Shown here piece by piece: positions 1-13,146 of a DNA stretch of 64,000 nucleotides. Below the pieces are notes generated by a model. It did not search any database. It saw nothing but the letters and a program-made list of their open reading frames with translations, and had not been told where the DNA came from. This DNA is from Obrimoposthia wandeli (taxonomy: Eukaryota). Made by a program: the position numbers and the translations under genes. The first letter of the stretch is position 1. The number at the start of each line of letters is the position of its first letter. Where the stretch lies: positions 248,001-312,000 of the forward strand of contig CDROCS010002686.1 of NCBI GenBank assembly GCA_977020255.1. The letters are read 5' to 3'.

Positions 1-8
1 GAAATCAG

Positions 9-181
9 TTCTTATGTCGATGCCTTTTACAATATGCTACAGTGGAAGTGGCTACAATGAGCCGGATTATCCTATGTCGATGGCTTATACAATATGCTAC
101 AGTGGAAGTGGTTACAACGACCCGGATTATCCTGTCGATGCCTTTTACAATATGCTACAGTGGAAGTGACTACAACGAGCT
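9..181. repeat. Tandem repeat, ~3 copies of a 60-bp unit
   Basis: TATGTCGATG(C/G)CTT(T/A)TACAATATGCTACAGTGGAAGTG recurs at 13, 73 and ~133 (third copy has a 2-nt deletion). Confidence 0.9.
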
Positions 182-249
182 GAATCTCAATTTATGTGGT
201 GTTCATTACATAATATGTCTATACCTTTTAGTTATTTGATTAACTAATT

Positions 250-1110
250 TTGTTCAATGATAAAAATAAACAGGAGGTTTTCAAGAATCCCAATGTCAAC
301 GTGATATACCAGACCTAAAATCCCGAGGGAAGACCCGTGAACCTACTTCTCATCTAGGATAATGACGTCATTACCTACACGGCAGTTTAGAGAAAAATAT
401 CCTCCTCTGTCGTATGAATAAGAATCAGACCACCTTTTTCACGATGTCAAGCTTTCTTGTGATTGGTTTACATATTTCACAAAGACAATTTCTCATCCCT
501 TCGTCGTGTATGGTGACTTAGAAGCTGTTCTCCCATCTCACGGCATACATCACGAGATACATCTCCCGATTGCCACGGATATGTTGATGTCACCTGTTTT
601 TGCTACTGGATGCACGCAGGATTATTCACTTTTTACTGGTGAATCCTGTGTTGTGGATTTTCTCCAGAAACTGGAGATACTGATCAAGACTATAGTGTAG
701 CCATGGTACAAACGCTATGCGAGAGGTAATACAGCCACTTACACAAGAATCCAGTTACTCTACTGCTACAACTTCTTACTTGTATAATAAGCACTGCGTC
801 AACAAGGTTCGAGATCACGACTACATGACCGGCAAATACCTCAGGGCTGCACATTCTAAGTGCAATTTATCCAGACGATTGAAACGTGCTATCCCAGTGG
901 TGTTACATAACCTTAGGGGTATGATCTCCATCACATCTTGAAACTTGGGCTGAACAAGTTTACACATTACAATATTTCAGTGATCCCAGTCTACTGAAAA
1001 TTTCCAGGCGAAGTTCGTACACATAGATGGGGTGTGTATTCAATTTATCAATTCATTTCAGTTTCTGGATAGAAGCCTCGAAAAATTTGTAGGCAATTTC
1101 AATTAGAAAA
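250..1110 (+). pseudogene. Protein-primed DNA polymerase B fragment of a second, divergent Polinton family
   Basis: Broken frames give QEVFKNPNVNVIYQT..PVNLLLI, PFVVYGDLEAVL, KVRDHDYMTGKYLRAAHSKCNL, IPVVLHNLRG/YDLHHIL. These parallel the main element's EEIFKNPFVDVIY..QVNLILL, FRVYADFESIL, LVRDHDHVMGRYLGAACNLCNL, IPIVFHNLKGYDLHHIL. Multiple stops and frameshifts. Confidence 0.85.
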
Positions 1111-1129
1111 TACGTTGACAAAAGCAGTT

Positions 1130-1350
1130 AGTTCATGCTCATATAAAAGCTCTTCTAAATAAACTTCAGATTTGGGAAAGGTCACTTAGAGATGGTGATA
1201 CTTACCATTTTCCAACCTTAGCCAATCAAGAGATGTCTGGACACATTTGTTATGCCGAAGAGTTGGTAGATATTAAGACAGAATTTTAGTCTTAGATCTC
1301 AAGATTTCAAATCAAAAGAGACAGCTTTCGTGCCCTTCAAATCCCTTTAT
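1130..1350 (+). mobile_element. hAT (SPIN/GTF2IRD2-like) transposase fragment
   Basis: HIKALLNKLQIWERSLRDGDTYHFPTL...EELVDIKTEF..RFQ matches the remembered KxxAFxxKLxLW...HFPxL...EFxxRFxDF pattern; interrupted. Confidence 0.55.
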
Positions 1351-1871
1351 CTGGTTCCAAAGTAGCTGCAAGTAGAATTAATTGAATTAAAAAGCAATGA
1401 TCTGTTTTAACAAAAATTTTAAGATGTTTTTTTATTATAATTATGCACCTTTTTCCATTAGAATGCTTTCTCGAAAAGATTGTTAAAATAAATCCCTTTT
1501 GAAAGCCTGAACATCCACTCTTAAAAGTTATATAAAAAGAAAATTGAACCTAGAAGACCTCCGTGGTACTAAATATAATGAATATCAATAGTAGGTACCT
1601 TTTGTATACATGTTACATAGTTTTCAATTTTATCCCTACGATTCCAATATTTCTCATATATTTGATAATTAACATATTATTATTATTTAATGCGTTACTC
1701 GGTACCGACATTTTACACGTATAGCTGAAGTTCGCATAAAATTGTGAATAAAAGCATTTTTTAACGAAATTTAATGGTTTATCATTTATAAATTCTGTAC
1801 ACAATGGAAAATACAGATAGTATACACTTCAAAATGGAAACAATTAAAAATCATAATAAATTAAACATTAT

Positions 1872-2403
1872 CTATTTCAAAAGCCCAAAAGCCTTCTTTG
1901 GTTTTGGAAGTTCAGGTATATCTTTGTCTGCCAGAGTTTCCAAAGTATATTTGTTAACAAATCCTGGTAATTCTGATTTTGGCACTTTTTCCGCAGCCAT
2001 AGCGTATGTAATAGAAAATAAACCTTCGGGATCTAAAGGATCTTGTTGAATTTCTTTAGCAGACCACTGTACATATGGTTTCAAATCTGTAGTGCCCAAG
2101 TTTGTAGGAACAATAAATTCTGGAATCATTTCGGGTATTTGTTTAAAATAAGTATGTTCTTCTGCAATGGGAATATACACTCCTGTAGGATTTTCTCTAT
2201 TCAAATAATTAATATACAAATTAGAATTAATACCTTGGTACGAAAGGATGTTTTGCACGTTTTCTATGCTTCTCTACAATCATTTTCCATTCATATCTTT
2301 TTAAAAATGGTATCCTTTGCTTCCAATTATAAAATTGACTTGTGTGAAAATTACGACTTAAATTGGCACCTATGAATCTTCTAAATAATAAATTAGTAGA
2401 CAT
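1872..2403 (-). CDS. MRPL41: Mitochondrial ribosomal protein L41 (mL41), 2 exons: 2403-2234 and 2196-1872, 164 aa
   Basis: FKQIPEMIPEFIVPTNLGTTDLKPYVQWSAKEIQQDPLDPEGLFS resembles the mL41 core (human [27 protein letters not shown]...PLTAAQLFS). N-terminus MSTNLLFRRFIGANLSRNFHTS looks like a mitochondrial presequence. A 37-nt GT-AG intron (2233-2197, phase 2) joins two ORFs in frame. Confidence 0.85.
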
Positions 2404-4223
2404 TAATTTTTTTAATTGAAATTTTTCAGATTTAAATGCAAAGATATTATCAAGATATAGGTCAAACATAAAGTTTAAAATAATATTTCTATTTAAATAT
2501 AACATATATATTAATAATGTGAATGCTGCTTAATTAACATATTAGTTAGCCAGTTTATTATTTTTTTCACAAAATACAGTCAGAACTCGTTAATCAGTTT
2601 TTTAAAAACATTGTTTACTTTCAATTTTATAATTATTTTTTATCAAAATAAATTTACATTTTACAGTTAGAAACGATTTGATTTACTAACTAATAATTAA
2701 TTAAATGAATAATTTGCATAAGAGACAATTAATGAATTCATATTAATGATGACCATCATGAATAAAGTACCTGCAGAAAAATATACGCGTGCTCATATAT
2801 TGCAATTTTCAGTTATTGCATACTTTGTTATCAAATTAATTTATTTCGTAATGAAAAAAGTACGTTCTCTATCGTTAATACGAATTCGTATAATGCCTAT
2901 TGCGCACCATTTAGAAAAAAACATTTTAAAAGTAACATTAAATTTTCTGATAATATTGCATTTTATGTGCCCCTAAACTAATGTTGTGTTAAGTAGGACT
3001 GACTGCTAAGCCGGTTCAGCCTAAGATTTTGGAATTGTAAAAAAAGTCTGTCGATACCGAAACCGAAAAACTTGGCGGTTATTAAGCTGGTTCAAACTGT
3101 GTCGATCCCAACCTTTCCGATAGACAGTACAGTAAATGATCAATATAATTGAGATTTCAGCCTTCATAACAGTAATTTTATTCTCACTCAATTAATATAA
3201 TTGTAAAGGTTCAGTGAAACTCACTAAGGCAATCACTATATACAACTATTCATTTAGTGCAAACGATGATAAAAAGTAATATAAAGCAAACTATAATTTA
3301 ATCAGTTAATACAAACCATTTAAAACTACTCATGTCCATGAAATAGTAGATACAAAAGGTTACTGTAGTTTTCGATTATTAACAGTTACTAAAATGAAAT
3401 TACTGTTATTTAACTTTGTAAACAGATGCTTATTTTTTGAGTAATTATGAAAAAGATGACTGACAGATTGCTACGGTAACAATATGTGGTTCTGGTAGTT
3501 TGTGTAAAACCTTACTCTTACTATCACGCGGGTCATATGTTTATCTTGATTTTAGTTTATGCGGTTCGTGTATGCAGCAACTCGTCTGATCTGATTGCGT
3601 AGATCAGCTTTTGGTGTCGGTCTTCTCCTCATATGTTGTTATTTCATATTCCTGTGTTTGAACGGATGTCCTCAATCGATTATCAACCTTATTACCTTAA
3701 ATTTTGGTTCAGTCTCTTCTTCACTTCTTTGTGTCCTAAGTGGCTCAGTCTATTTTCTCGGTCGGTGGATTCCAATGATTTTTATGGCTGGTGCTGACCA
3801 ATCACTTTATAACTTGATCAGAGGTTCTCTAACATGTTTATTCTATGACTCCTTTTCTGAAATTCCATGCACTGAGCTTAAAATATAAATACGTTTTGTT
3901 GTTCAATAATCTTTACAAAGACATATTTTATTAACATATAAAATAAAGATTAAATTACTAGCATAAAATATTATTTTAAATTTTATAAATTATTAGTAGA
4001 AATTTAATTAGAACATTTCAGCTTATATAATTATATCAATATATAGTATAAAAATATTTTTGTATAACCTTGAACTTAGACATATCAAAGTAGCCAATCA
4101 AATTCGACACTTTTGATTATGGTGTGATTTTAGACATCATTGTGAATTGTAATGATAAAAACTTAAATTTCTGAAGCAAAATTTCATTTTCTCTTATATT
4201 ACAATTGAAGTAAAACTACTAAA

Positions 4224-4420
4224 ATGGAAAAATATGGCTTGCTACCCGATTTTACCGGTCCTGGTATGTTACCACCTGAACGTATGGCTCATTTCCGGGA
4301 CAATATACGTCCAAATATGCAATATTGTGGATTATTTCTCGCGAAACTGAATAAGTGGTGTGATTATATCCGACAATATGATGCAAAAATGAGAACACTT
4401 AATAAATCGGGAAATTTCAG
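4224..4420 (+). CDS. Possible first coding exon of an unidentified host gene
   Basis: AAAATGG start context, open MEKYGLLPDFTGPGMLPPERMAHFRDNIRPNMQYCGLFLAKLNKWCDYIRQYD, CAG|GTTTGT donor at 4420/4421. No family recognised and no downstream exon traced. Confidence 0.3.
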
Positions 4421-7400
4421 GTTTGTTCAGAAGTTTTTTAAATTTTGCTTTGGTTGAATATGTAATCTTATTTTAATAACCTTGGTATTATATATAATTA
4501 TTTTAATAAATGTATGTCAGAATAACCTTTTTTAACTGCATGCCTTTAACTGTCTTTAATAAGAAAATAAGCTATGAAATTATAAATTTGAGTGAAAATA
4601 AGTTATGAAAAATGCATGCAAACGTCTGAAGTAGTTAAAACTAACATCTACCTTTATCACAATTAGCAAATATTAAAATTTTGTTTAACATATTATGCGC
4701 GTCAAATATATTTAACTAATTTTATTTCTAAAATAATTGTTATAAATTATCTGAGGGTTTCAAATTTTATTAAAAAAATGAAATTAAATATAATCTAAAA
4801 ATATTTTTAATATTCTATAGTTAAATAATATTTTAATACAGAATTAAGTGTAAAATATAACCAAATTCATGCTTAAATTCTTTAAGAGAAGATTTCTTCT
4901 GAAATATGTACTATAATATCGGGTGAAAAGTCGCTAAATAGAATTGAACTGATAATCTATTTTAAATTTCAAAGGATCCAATAAGTAAAAATAAGTAGTA
5001 AGGCCCAACAAAGCAATCCAAAAACAAATTTCTGCCTTATCAATAAAATAAATTCTCATGAGTGTCGAATATCTATCTAACCGGATACGGATACTGGCTA
5101 CTGCTAGTACCACTTCAATTTCGGAAAGCGACCAAAGAAGTACAGAGGTCCTTGTACCTTTTGGCTCACGTCGGGGTTACCAATGTAGAAAATGACTGAA
5201 ATACGATGAAAAACCTTTTGAATATTCGATTGTGTAAAAAGAAGTTGGCACATAGTATGAGTACATGGAAGAAGGTAGTGAAAAGTCAACAGTTTTGACA
5301 ATGTCAGTGTATCGTCAGATCGTGTATATTACAAACTCGATACTGCATCCTGGTTGGGTTGTTACTACAACCATTCGGATCGCGGGCAGTCGGAGTCTAT
5401 CAACTATTGGATTGTGTCGTAGAGCTGGAACAGAGATAATTGACAGGTCGAGTCACTGTTTAACTGTTGAACTTGGAAACGAATGGACAGCTGCAAGTCG
5501 CATCGTTGTTCTTTATCAATAGTATCGTAGTCTGCAGGAGGGACTAGTCTCGGGCTTATCACTATGGAGTTGTATAGAAGGCAAGACACTTGTTCGATCA
5601 TAAGTGATTTAGAATTGAAAATTGCATTTTTTTTCGTTAAGGATTTTTGTTTTTAATTTCAAGAACACCACAGTTTCAACAGAGTTTTCAAACATTAATT
5701 TGCAACGTGTGGCCTTGGATTATTTTCCAGGAAAAACGAAATCCAAATAAAGGTTAAACAAAGTCGGAATTATTCCTCATAATGTTATGATATTTTTCTT
5801 CGTTAAGAGTATATATATATATATATTTAATATACAGATATTTATTCAAGCTATCATTCTGAAACGTCCCATCCTTCCAAGGTTTGTTATCTATAAAATA
5901 ACTCCAAGGAATCTCATGAAGCCGGTAACTTTGGAAATTGTCATGGCCATCTAGTGAAAGTGCTATTTATCCGATAATAGGAAAAACTCCTAAGGTAACC
6001 TCTTACTCATCTGATTTCAATGAAGTTACAAAACTAATATTTTTTAATCTTTCAATACTTTAACACAGAGGATTTGTTAAACAATCTTTTGAGTGTTCAT
6101 TGATATAAACATTTGGGGAGATGACAATTTAAAACACTTGATGATACATTGGTACTATATTCTTCATGCATTTTGACAGTTCTAACTGCAGTCTTTGTTC
6201 ACAATTGATATACATCCTATTTCAATAACTTTACATTATATATTATTGTCATTAATTTTTGAAATTGTAGATCTTGATATATCCGATTGTTTTGAAATGT
6301 GTAATGCCAGCTGATAATTTTCCATAAAGATCAATTCTCTCATATAGTCTGAAATTTCTTGAGAGTATCTTGGTATCATATAATTCTTCAATATGCTAAA
6401 TATAAGGGATTTTTTTTTATTAAAACTAATTAAAATTTATTAATCGAAACTTCTTAGATGTGAAAATTTTGTCCCAAGCCAATATGGTGGATTTTAAAAT
6501 CATTGTTATAAGACTTAAGTAGTGATTGAAAAATAAATACACCTGATCAAATAGTTTATTGTCGTTGTGAAAGCAGAGAAGAAATTTTATAACATGAGAA
6601 TTAGATATATAAACACTCATTAATAAAACTTACTAATAAAATCAACGTGTAAAATAAATCAATTATGTCATAAAAAACTGTTTAATAATCTAATATAGGA
6701 GGCACTCTCATGACAGAACAAACTCTCATCTTTTCTTGACTTTTGATATACATAAAATCTTTAATTCCGTTTAAAATACTGCAGACTATGCTTTTATTTG
6801 GGGTTTTTATTAAGACAGCGGCTTTAGACAGCTTTTAACTGCAATATTCATTTTGATTTTGTGTAGTGATTAGTGATAATTGAGAGATTTTATTGTCGCT
6901 TTCGTTACACTCTTTTCATATCTGAGCTGATTTTCCGAAATGTCTGTCACATATGCGAATAACCTTTGTACCACTAATGAATACATTTCATTTTAATGAC
7001 CCAGAAAAGCTGCACGTAATAAAACTGACATACACGTTTTTTATAACTGTAGTGTGAAGAAAAAATAACATTGCAACTTCAACTTAATATTTATTTTAAT
7101 TATGACTCTGATTCTAACTAACCATCATTCTAAATTTAGCTTTGTCTCTCATTTTGAATTACTCTTATTTTTGTCAATGAGCCTTTAACAGTAAAGGAAT
7201 TGTAAAATATTTACTATTTTTGGATGTTACAATTTTTATTACAGTCTTTAAAATAAGAAATATCACTAATTTAAGAAAGTAGAATTATATTATTATATGA
7301 ACAATTAAATACCATAATATATTAGTTTGATATGGATAATAATTAACAAAACATATAATTTTGTAGTTGAATCACATTATTTAATTATTGCACCATTTAT

Positions 7401-7920
7401 TTTTTGTAATGGTATACAATCGTTTAATAGTTCCAACATCTAAATTTAATAGTTGCTGCAAATGCTAAATATAAATTCAACACATAAAATTGTCATTTAA
7501 AAAATTATTTTGATGAATTTAAAATTACAGGTTTTAAAAAATACTTTCGCTGTCTATTACTATTTTGTTCGGTCAACATTTAATTTAATATATCATCGAC
7601 AGGGCCGTTATAATATATTTCTGAGCATGGCGCACCCAAAATGTATACATTTTTTCAAGAAAATGGATTCGATATTTTATTCTGTCTACAGTCATATCAC
7701 AGGCCAAACGATGTTATAAAGGAGATTATGGACTACGGTCGAAATTAGGAAGTCTGTCAAAATTCTTAAATTAAATATCAGGTACGAATCCAACATCATA
7801 TTCTAGAGGGACTAACCAACCATAGAGCTTTTGATTTTTCCTACTTGATAAATATATTTGTACCTGGGCTTTGAACTAATAAATTGAGTTGATTCAATTT
7901 ACCAAGAGCGTCGTGGCTCT

Positions 7921-7937
7921 CACTTTGAGAAACCCTG
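7921..7937 (-). mobile_element. hAT/Charlie-like terminal sequence
   Basis: Minus strand reads CAGGGTTTCTCAAAGTG, typical of hAT/MITE ends; partner end not found. Confidence 0.3.
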
Positions 7938-9175
7938 GCGTAGAAGTCCACAATGCTTTTAAAAACCACAGAAAATACCTAATAAAAATTAAATGTTGTA
8001 TATTCACAATAGGTGCTAGGAAATTTGCACATATGCACTAAATTTTAGTTGTGTTATAAATTTAATTCTGATAATTTTGTGCCGTTTAAAGTCTAAAATT
8101 GTCATTTAAAAAATTCTAAAGTAATTTTTTACACAAAATGACTAAAATATAATTTAATTTTAGAAGCTACGGTTCAAAAAAATTAAATCAATTTTATATT
8201 GAAAGTTAAAAATATTTATTTTTAATTTTAAATCAAAAATTATAACAATCGAATCATTTATCGCATGTATTTTAGAAGTATAGATGGTTAAAGAATTTAG
8301 ACACGGACTATATTATTGAAAGTAGAGTGAAAGTTTAGTTTACTTTTATCAATGCACGAGGAAATTTTTATACCATGTATTTACCATGGACTTATTTGGA
8401 TTTATTGAACTTTTATAAAATCACCATCACGCTTCATTGGATCGACAAATTAATGGTTTCAAATCATCTTTGAAATTGAATTAACTCTACCAATCCAGAT
8501 TTCAAAAGTGTGTATGTTTCCTAGCAGCTACTTCGATTGAAGTGATTGTGTCTTGACGACAGTACACAGTGTAGGCAGGGTGTCGTAATTAAATATTTAA
8601 ATTTCTTTACAATACTCATAATAATAGTACGCATTAACGGTTTCTAAAAGCTTCAATGTGGTTGACTCTTATTAGTGTCACAAAAAAGCTGCCTGTTAAG
8701 TTTTACGTTGCTTCATATAGAAACAATGGTTATCTTCGTTTTGCTTTTGTCTTCACACAAATATTTATATCAATTAATAGCTGTACATAACCCGATCAAG
8801 TTTTTATCACGTATGACATTATCGGTACTTTATTGCGGGGCTTACTCCGTGAAAAACAACCCTGGAAAGCTTTTTTACATAATCGATTCAATAATATATA
8901 ATTATGTTGTAAACTTTTATTAATTTATGTATTTATCACTCATAGAAAAAAGGGCATTTAATATTAGAATGTTAAATATTTTAAAATAATTGAGATTTAA
9001 TGTGGCGGATAACGCTAGAAAAACCGACAACATATTAGATGAATTAATGAAACCCAAGAATCATAAATAGGTGTATCCCGAAATAATTTGCACAGATAAA
9101 ATACACAGGAATTTTTATTAGTTCTGCAATGTTGTCGATGGTGAACTTTTTGATCAATTTGATTATTACCATTTA

Positions 9176-11381
9176 CAGTAAAACCTTGCTATACCTGTAT
9201 TTAAGTTAAAGCATACTTTTTTTCTTATATAAGGTCCTTGTTTATAACATAATAAAATAATGTAACAAAAAAATTATTTTTTTATTTAAAAATTTGTTTA
9301 TAAATTTTGAAATAGAAAAATACCTAATGCAGACAGGTAAACAAAAGGACAGAACACTGATTACCGTCAAAAATAAAATAAATAAAAATAGAAACAATAT
9401 GACAAGAAAATCTACACACACAAAACAACTGGCGGATCTCCACAAATACAAACCAGTGTACATTATCCAGGATTATTAAGAACAGACAAGACATTTTTTC
9501 AATGAAGGATATAACCCGTGATACAAAGCTGAATAAAGGGAAATAACCAAGTTTGTAAGAGGTTCTGTTTACATTTTTGCATCTAACAATCTAGCAGCGA
9601 AATCGAAAATCATAAAAGAACATGCTCTTTAATATGGAAAATAGATGGATTTTAAGGCGTTGAATGGATGTTTTGAGAGATTTCAGATAAGGAATAACAT
9701 TAAAAGTTTTAAGATATCAGGTACAGAATCATTATAGCAACTGTAAATGAATGGAAAGAACAGGTATTGCCTCAGTTTCTGGAAGAATACAATGCAGATC
9801 GCTTTGAACGCCAACGAGACAAGGTTATTTTACTAACTATACTTGTCAAAAAATACAGTTTAAAATGGTCTAATAATAAAGATTCAATGAGTAATAAAAA
9901 GATAAGAAAGTTAAAATTTGTTTTTTTGTAATCGTAAAATCACAAAATCCATATTGTTTTCGTATTGTTAAATCTCTTTCAACCGAATATACAAATAATA
10001 GTTCTTCGTGGATGACTATATCAATTTTAATGATTAACTTACTAGATTAAATCAAGAACAGAAAAATCTTTTTGTAAATTGACAATACTTCATGAATAAT
10101 GATTGAAAATTATATTTGGTAAAAGTAATTTTCTCCAATGGGGGCCGCCCCCTGTCCTTTAAAACCATGTATGTGTGTGGAGTGAAATTTCGTGCATGTG
10201 TGTGGAGTGAAATTTAATGTATGTCTCCATTCCACCCAAAGGGGGAAGGAAGGAGGTTACCCCTCACCACATTTTTAAAAAAATTTACTGCGAATCTCAA
10301 AAGTGGTTAGAGAAGACCACGGGAATCCATATTGGCCCCGGCGGCTTATCGCAGACGAGATTTCAAATAATATATTACTACTATTTTTAAGAAAGATTTT
10401 TGATTAATAAATTACTACATGTTAAATATCTATTTATAGGATAAAAAATCGGTCAGATCTATATAATTTAGAGGAGAAAAAAACAAAATACGAGACAAAA
10501 TTATTTTTCAAAATATTTATTAAACATAAAACAATATATTGGCTTCACTCAAAGTCCAAAGAAGCTTCAAAGAAAATTACAGAAGGCTGTTTTAGAACGT
10601 AATAAAAAAATGATGAATGAGGAGGTTGATATAAACGTTTTAGATGAGTTTAATATCAGAGTCGTGGGATACTGTGAGTGGTGTTACAATTAGAAACTGC
10701 ATTATAAAATCCTATAAAAATGATAGTATTTTGAAGTGGTTGAAGATGTTGACTAGAATTCCAGGAAATTCAATTAGGATTGGAAAATAATTCAGATAAA
10801 ATAATCAATCTGAAGACGAAGAGCGCTTTGAAAAGCTCGAGTTTAAAGAACTTTTACAAACCGAGAAAAAGAAAACAGACACAGAAATGCCGGACGATGC
10901 AAACTGATATTTTTGAATTGGAAAAAGTGAAGGTTTTTGAAGCAGAGAAAGCGATAGAAGTTTCAAAACTATTTTTTATCAACAACGAAAGATCAAAAAG
11001 AAAAACATTTGGAGGACTCAATTGAATTTTAAATGAAATGGAATAAAGAAAGGAAGAAATTCGAAGCAGTTTAGTTTGTTTGATTTAAAAAATGAATTAA
11101 TATATTAGTTTATTTTTATTTTTATTACAGTTTTAATATCATGGCATCCACTGATATATATATATATAAAGTTTCTTTAAAATGTGTTTTACTTGAAAAA
11201 TGACTTGGTGAAATTATTCTAATAAATACCAATAATTTATAATGCAATTGATTTAAAAATAAATAAGAATTGATTTAAATTATTTATTAAAGTTTATACT
11301 GAAAATTAAAAAAAAAAAACTTTTTCAGTTATAGCCTGCTTTTTTGTAATTCTAAATTTTACATAATGCGAGGGTTAACTG
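9176..11381 (+). mobile_element. Degenerate Tigger/pogo DNA transposon
   Basis: DFKALNGCFERFQIRNNIKSFKISG (CENP-B-type HTH), NANETRLFY, IDNTS, FKENYRR. TA-CAGTAAAACCTTGC at 9174 and GCGAGGGTTAACTG-TA ending 11383 resemble Tigger TIRs (imperfect pair, boundaries uncertain). Confidence 0.65.
10148..10565 (+). mobile_element. Orphan fragment of the Polinton left end
   Basis: Near-identical by eye to ~12246-12640 (CTGTCCTTTAAAACC..GTGTGGAGTGAAATTT..GAGAAGACCACGGG..GGCTTCACTCAAAGTCCAAAG); lacks the terminal AGTAGG ~35 nt. Confidence 0.9.
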
Positions 11382-11559
11382 TATTATAAGTCCAAATGTC
11401 AGGATTTCATTATTTACATCGGTTTACAATTTATTTGACTTATTTGTCATTTCTGGTGTTTAATTAAAAGATCAAATACTTTTGCGGGAATTATTCTTCT
11501 ATAGTGTTAGTTCAAACTGTTAGTGCCTATAAAGCAATCAAAAATTACATTTAACAAAG

Positions 11560-11960
11560 AGAATCTTTCTCGACACACACTTCTGAACCCGATAATACGT
11601 TGAAATGATACTGGAAGGATTGAGGATAAATATGGCCGAGGTTGCAAGCTTGTTAAAGAAGCAAAATTCCAAGAAGTGTTGGGAGAAGAAGCGCACGACA
11701 GATCGCTACTGAAACAGGGATTTCAAAGTCGTCTATTCAGGGTATATCAAGAAAAATCTAAAATTGAAACCCTACAAATTCCGATTCAAGCAAGTACCTC
11801 AAAGAATCGAATAAAATGACAACTTTTTGGCATCTGTGGTTTTAATTAAACTAAATGAAGTGGCTTCGAGTCATCAATTTCGAATTTGGTCAACCAACAA
11901 TCCCCATGTCTCATTGAGAAGCCCCAAAACTACCCCAAGTTAAAATCCCATACGTTTGTT
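11560..11960 (+). mobile_element. Mariner/Tc3-like transposase fragment
   Basis: DTGRIEDKYGRG, RRSARQIATETGISKSSIQ, KLKPYKF, RIWSTNNPHV..EKPQNYPKL; frameshifted. Confidence 0.6.
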
Positions 11961-12039
11961 AATACAATTATCGCTGTTGAAATATTTTTATCAAATTTTA
12001 TAATTGATAAAATTTGTGCTACTTATTGTTAGACACACA

Positions 12040-12208
12040 GTACAACTGTCGATTGACAAGAAAATGTTGTTCTGGACGACCTTGCAAAACCACTGCCAGA
12101 TATGATCGTCATATAATACGAAGTGTTGTTTGTAAGCATAAAATCGCATCTGAAGAAATTGGATCATTTGATTTTAAACGTAAAAAACAAAAATCTGAAA
12201 TGGTTGGG
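12040..12208 (+). mobile_element. Tc1 transposase fossil, 5' part (Polinton target)
   Basis: SGRPCKTTARYDRHIIRSV matches the Tc1 SGRPxKTTxRxDRxIxR motif; ends at the GTTGGG target duplication. Confidence 0.7.
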
Positions 12209-12290
12209 AGTAGGTGGATGTGTCCGGTTTAATCCACACCCCCTCCCCCCTCTGTCCTTTAAAACCGTGCATGTGTGTGGAGTGAAATTT
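12209..12290 (+). repeat. Left terminal inverted repeat
   Basis: Reverse complement of 27057-27159 with a few substitutions and indels. Confidence 0.9.
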
Positions 12291-12594
12291 TATGTATGTC
12301 TCCATTCCACCCAAAGGGGGAAGGAAGGAGGTTACCGCCCCACTACAATTTTTAAAAATTTTACTGCGAATCTCAAAAGTGGTTAGAGAAGACCACGGGT
12401 ATCCATATTGACCCCGGCGGCTTATTGCAGACGAGATTTCAAATAATATATTACTACTATTTTTAAGAAAGATTTTAGATTAATAAATTACTACATGTTA
12501 AATATCTATTTATAGGATAAAAAATCGGTCAAATCTATATAATTTAGAGGAGAAAAAACAAAATACGAGACAAAATTATTTTTCAAAATATTTA

Positions 12595-12999
12595 TTAAAC
12601 ATAAAACAACATATTGGCTTCACTCAAAGTCCAAAGAGGCTGCATTTTCCCGTCATCAGCAAAATATCCATTGAGACGTATTGAGATATTCCATAGTTCT
12701 TCATCTAGAATTGGAGCAATCAAATATCCTAGATCATCTTTAAAATTCAGACTGGGATCAGTTTCAAGCTGGAAACAATTTCCTTCATATACATAATCAG
12801 GAATGTAAAATCCCAAAATATTTTTCAATTGATCAATATCAGATGTTGTTAAAATTTCGATGAGATATTTATTCTCCACTTTTGATATTTTCACAGGATT
12901 CATAACTCGTATAATTTGATGCCTCTTTAATATATTACATAGTTTTCCTTTTGAAATTCTTTCTGGATAATAAAAATTTACTACACATCTCTTATCCAT
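12595..12999 (-). CDS. Polinton ORF-A, 134 aa, paralogue of ORF-B; possible OB-fold ssDNA-binding protein
   Basis: Open from ATG 12999 (MDKRCV); conserved in copy 2; aligns over ~110 aa with ORF-B. The function is inference. Confidence 0.75.
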   Translation of the reverse strand: MDKRCVVNFYYPERISKGKLCNILKRHQIIRVMNPVKISKVENKYLIEILTTSDIDQLKNILGFYIPDYVYEGNCFQLETDPSLNFKDDLGYLIAPILDEELWNISIRLNGYFADDGKMQPLWTLSEANMLFYV

Positions 13000-13146
13000 T
13001 CTAAAATAAGGAAACTGATTAAAAAAACAATGTTTATAAAAAAATACACATAAGATACATATAAGATACAAATATTTAAAAAATAAAACTGATTATTAAA
13101 TGAAAAAAACATAGTAAAACCGATTACAATTTATTACACGCAAAAG

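Noticed and set aside
9-181. CRISPR-like array
   Set aside because: Units are contiguous 60-mers with no unique spacers; eukaryotic context and no cas genes.
5104-5601. GC-richer island with ORFs on both strands
   Set aside because: No recognisable motif, start context or splice chain; probably a decayed retroelement.
5850-7000. Minus-strand fragments including ICDRHF (THAP-like) and SLDGHDNF
   Set aside because: Frames break every 30-50 codons and I could not assemble a coherent gene or transposase.
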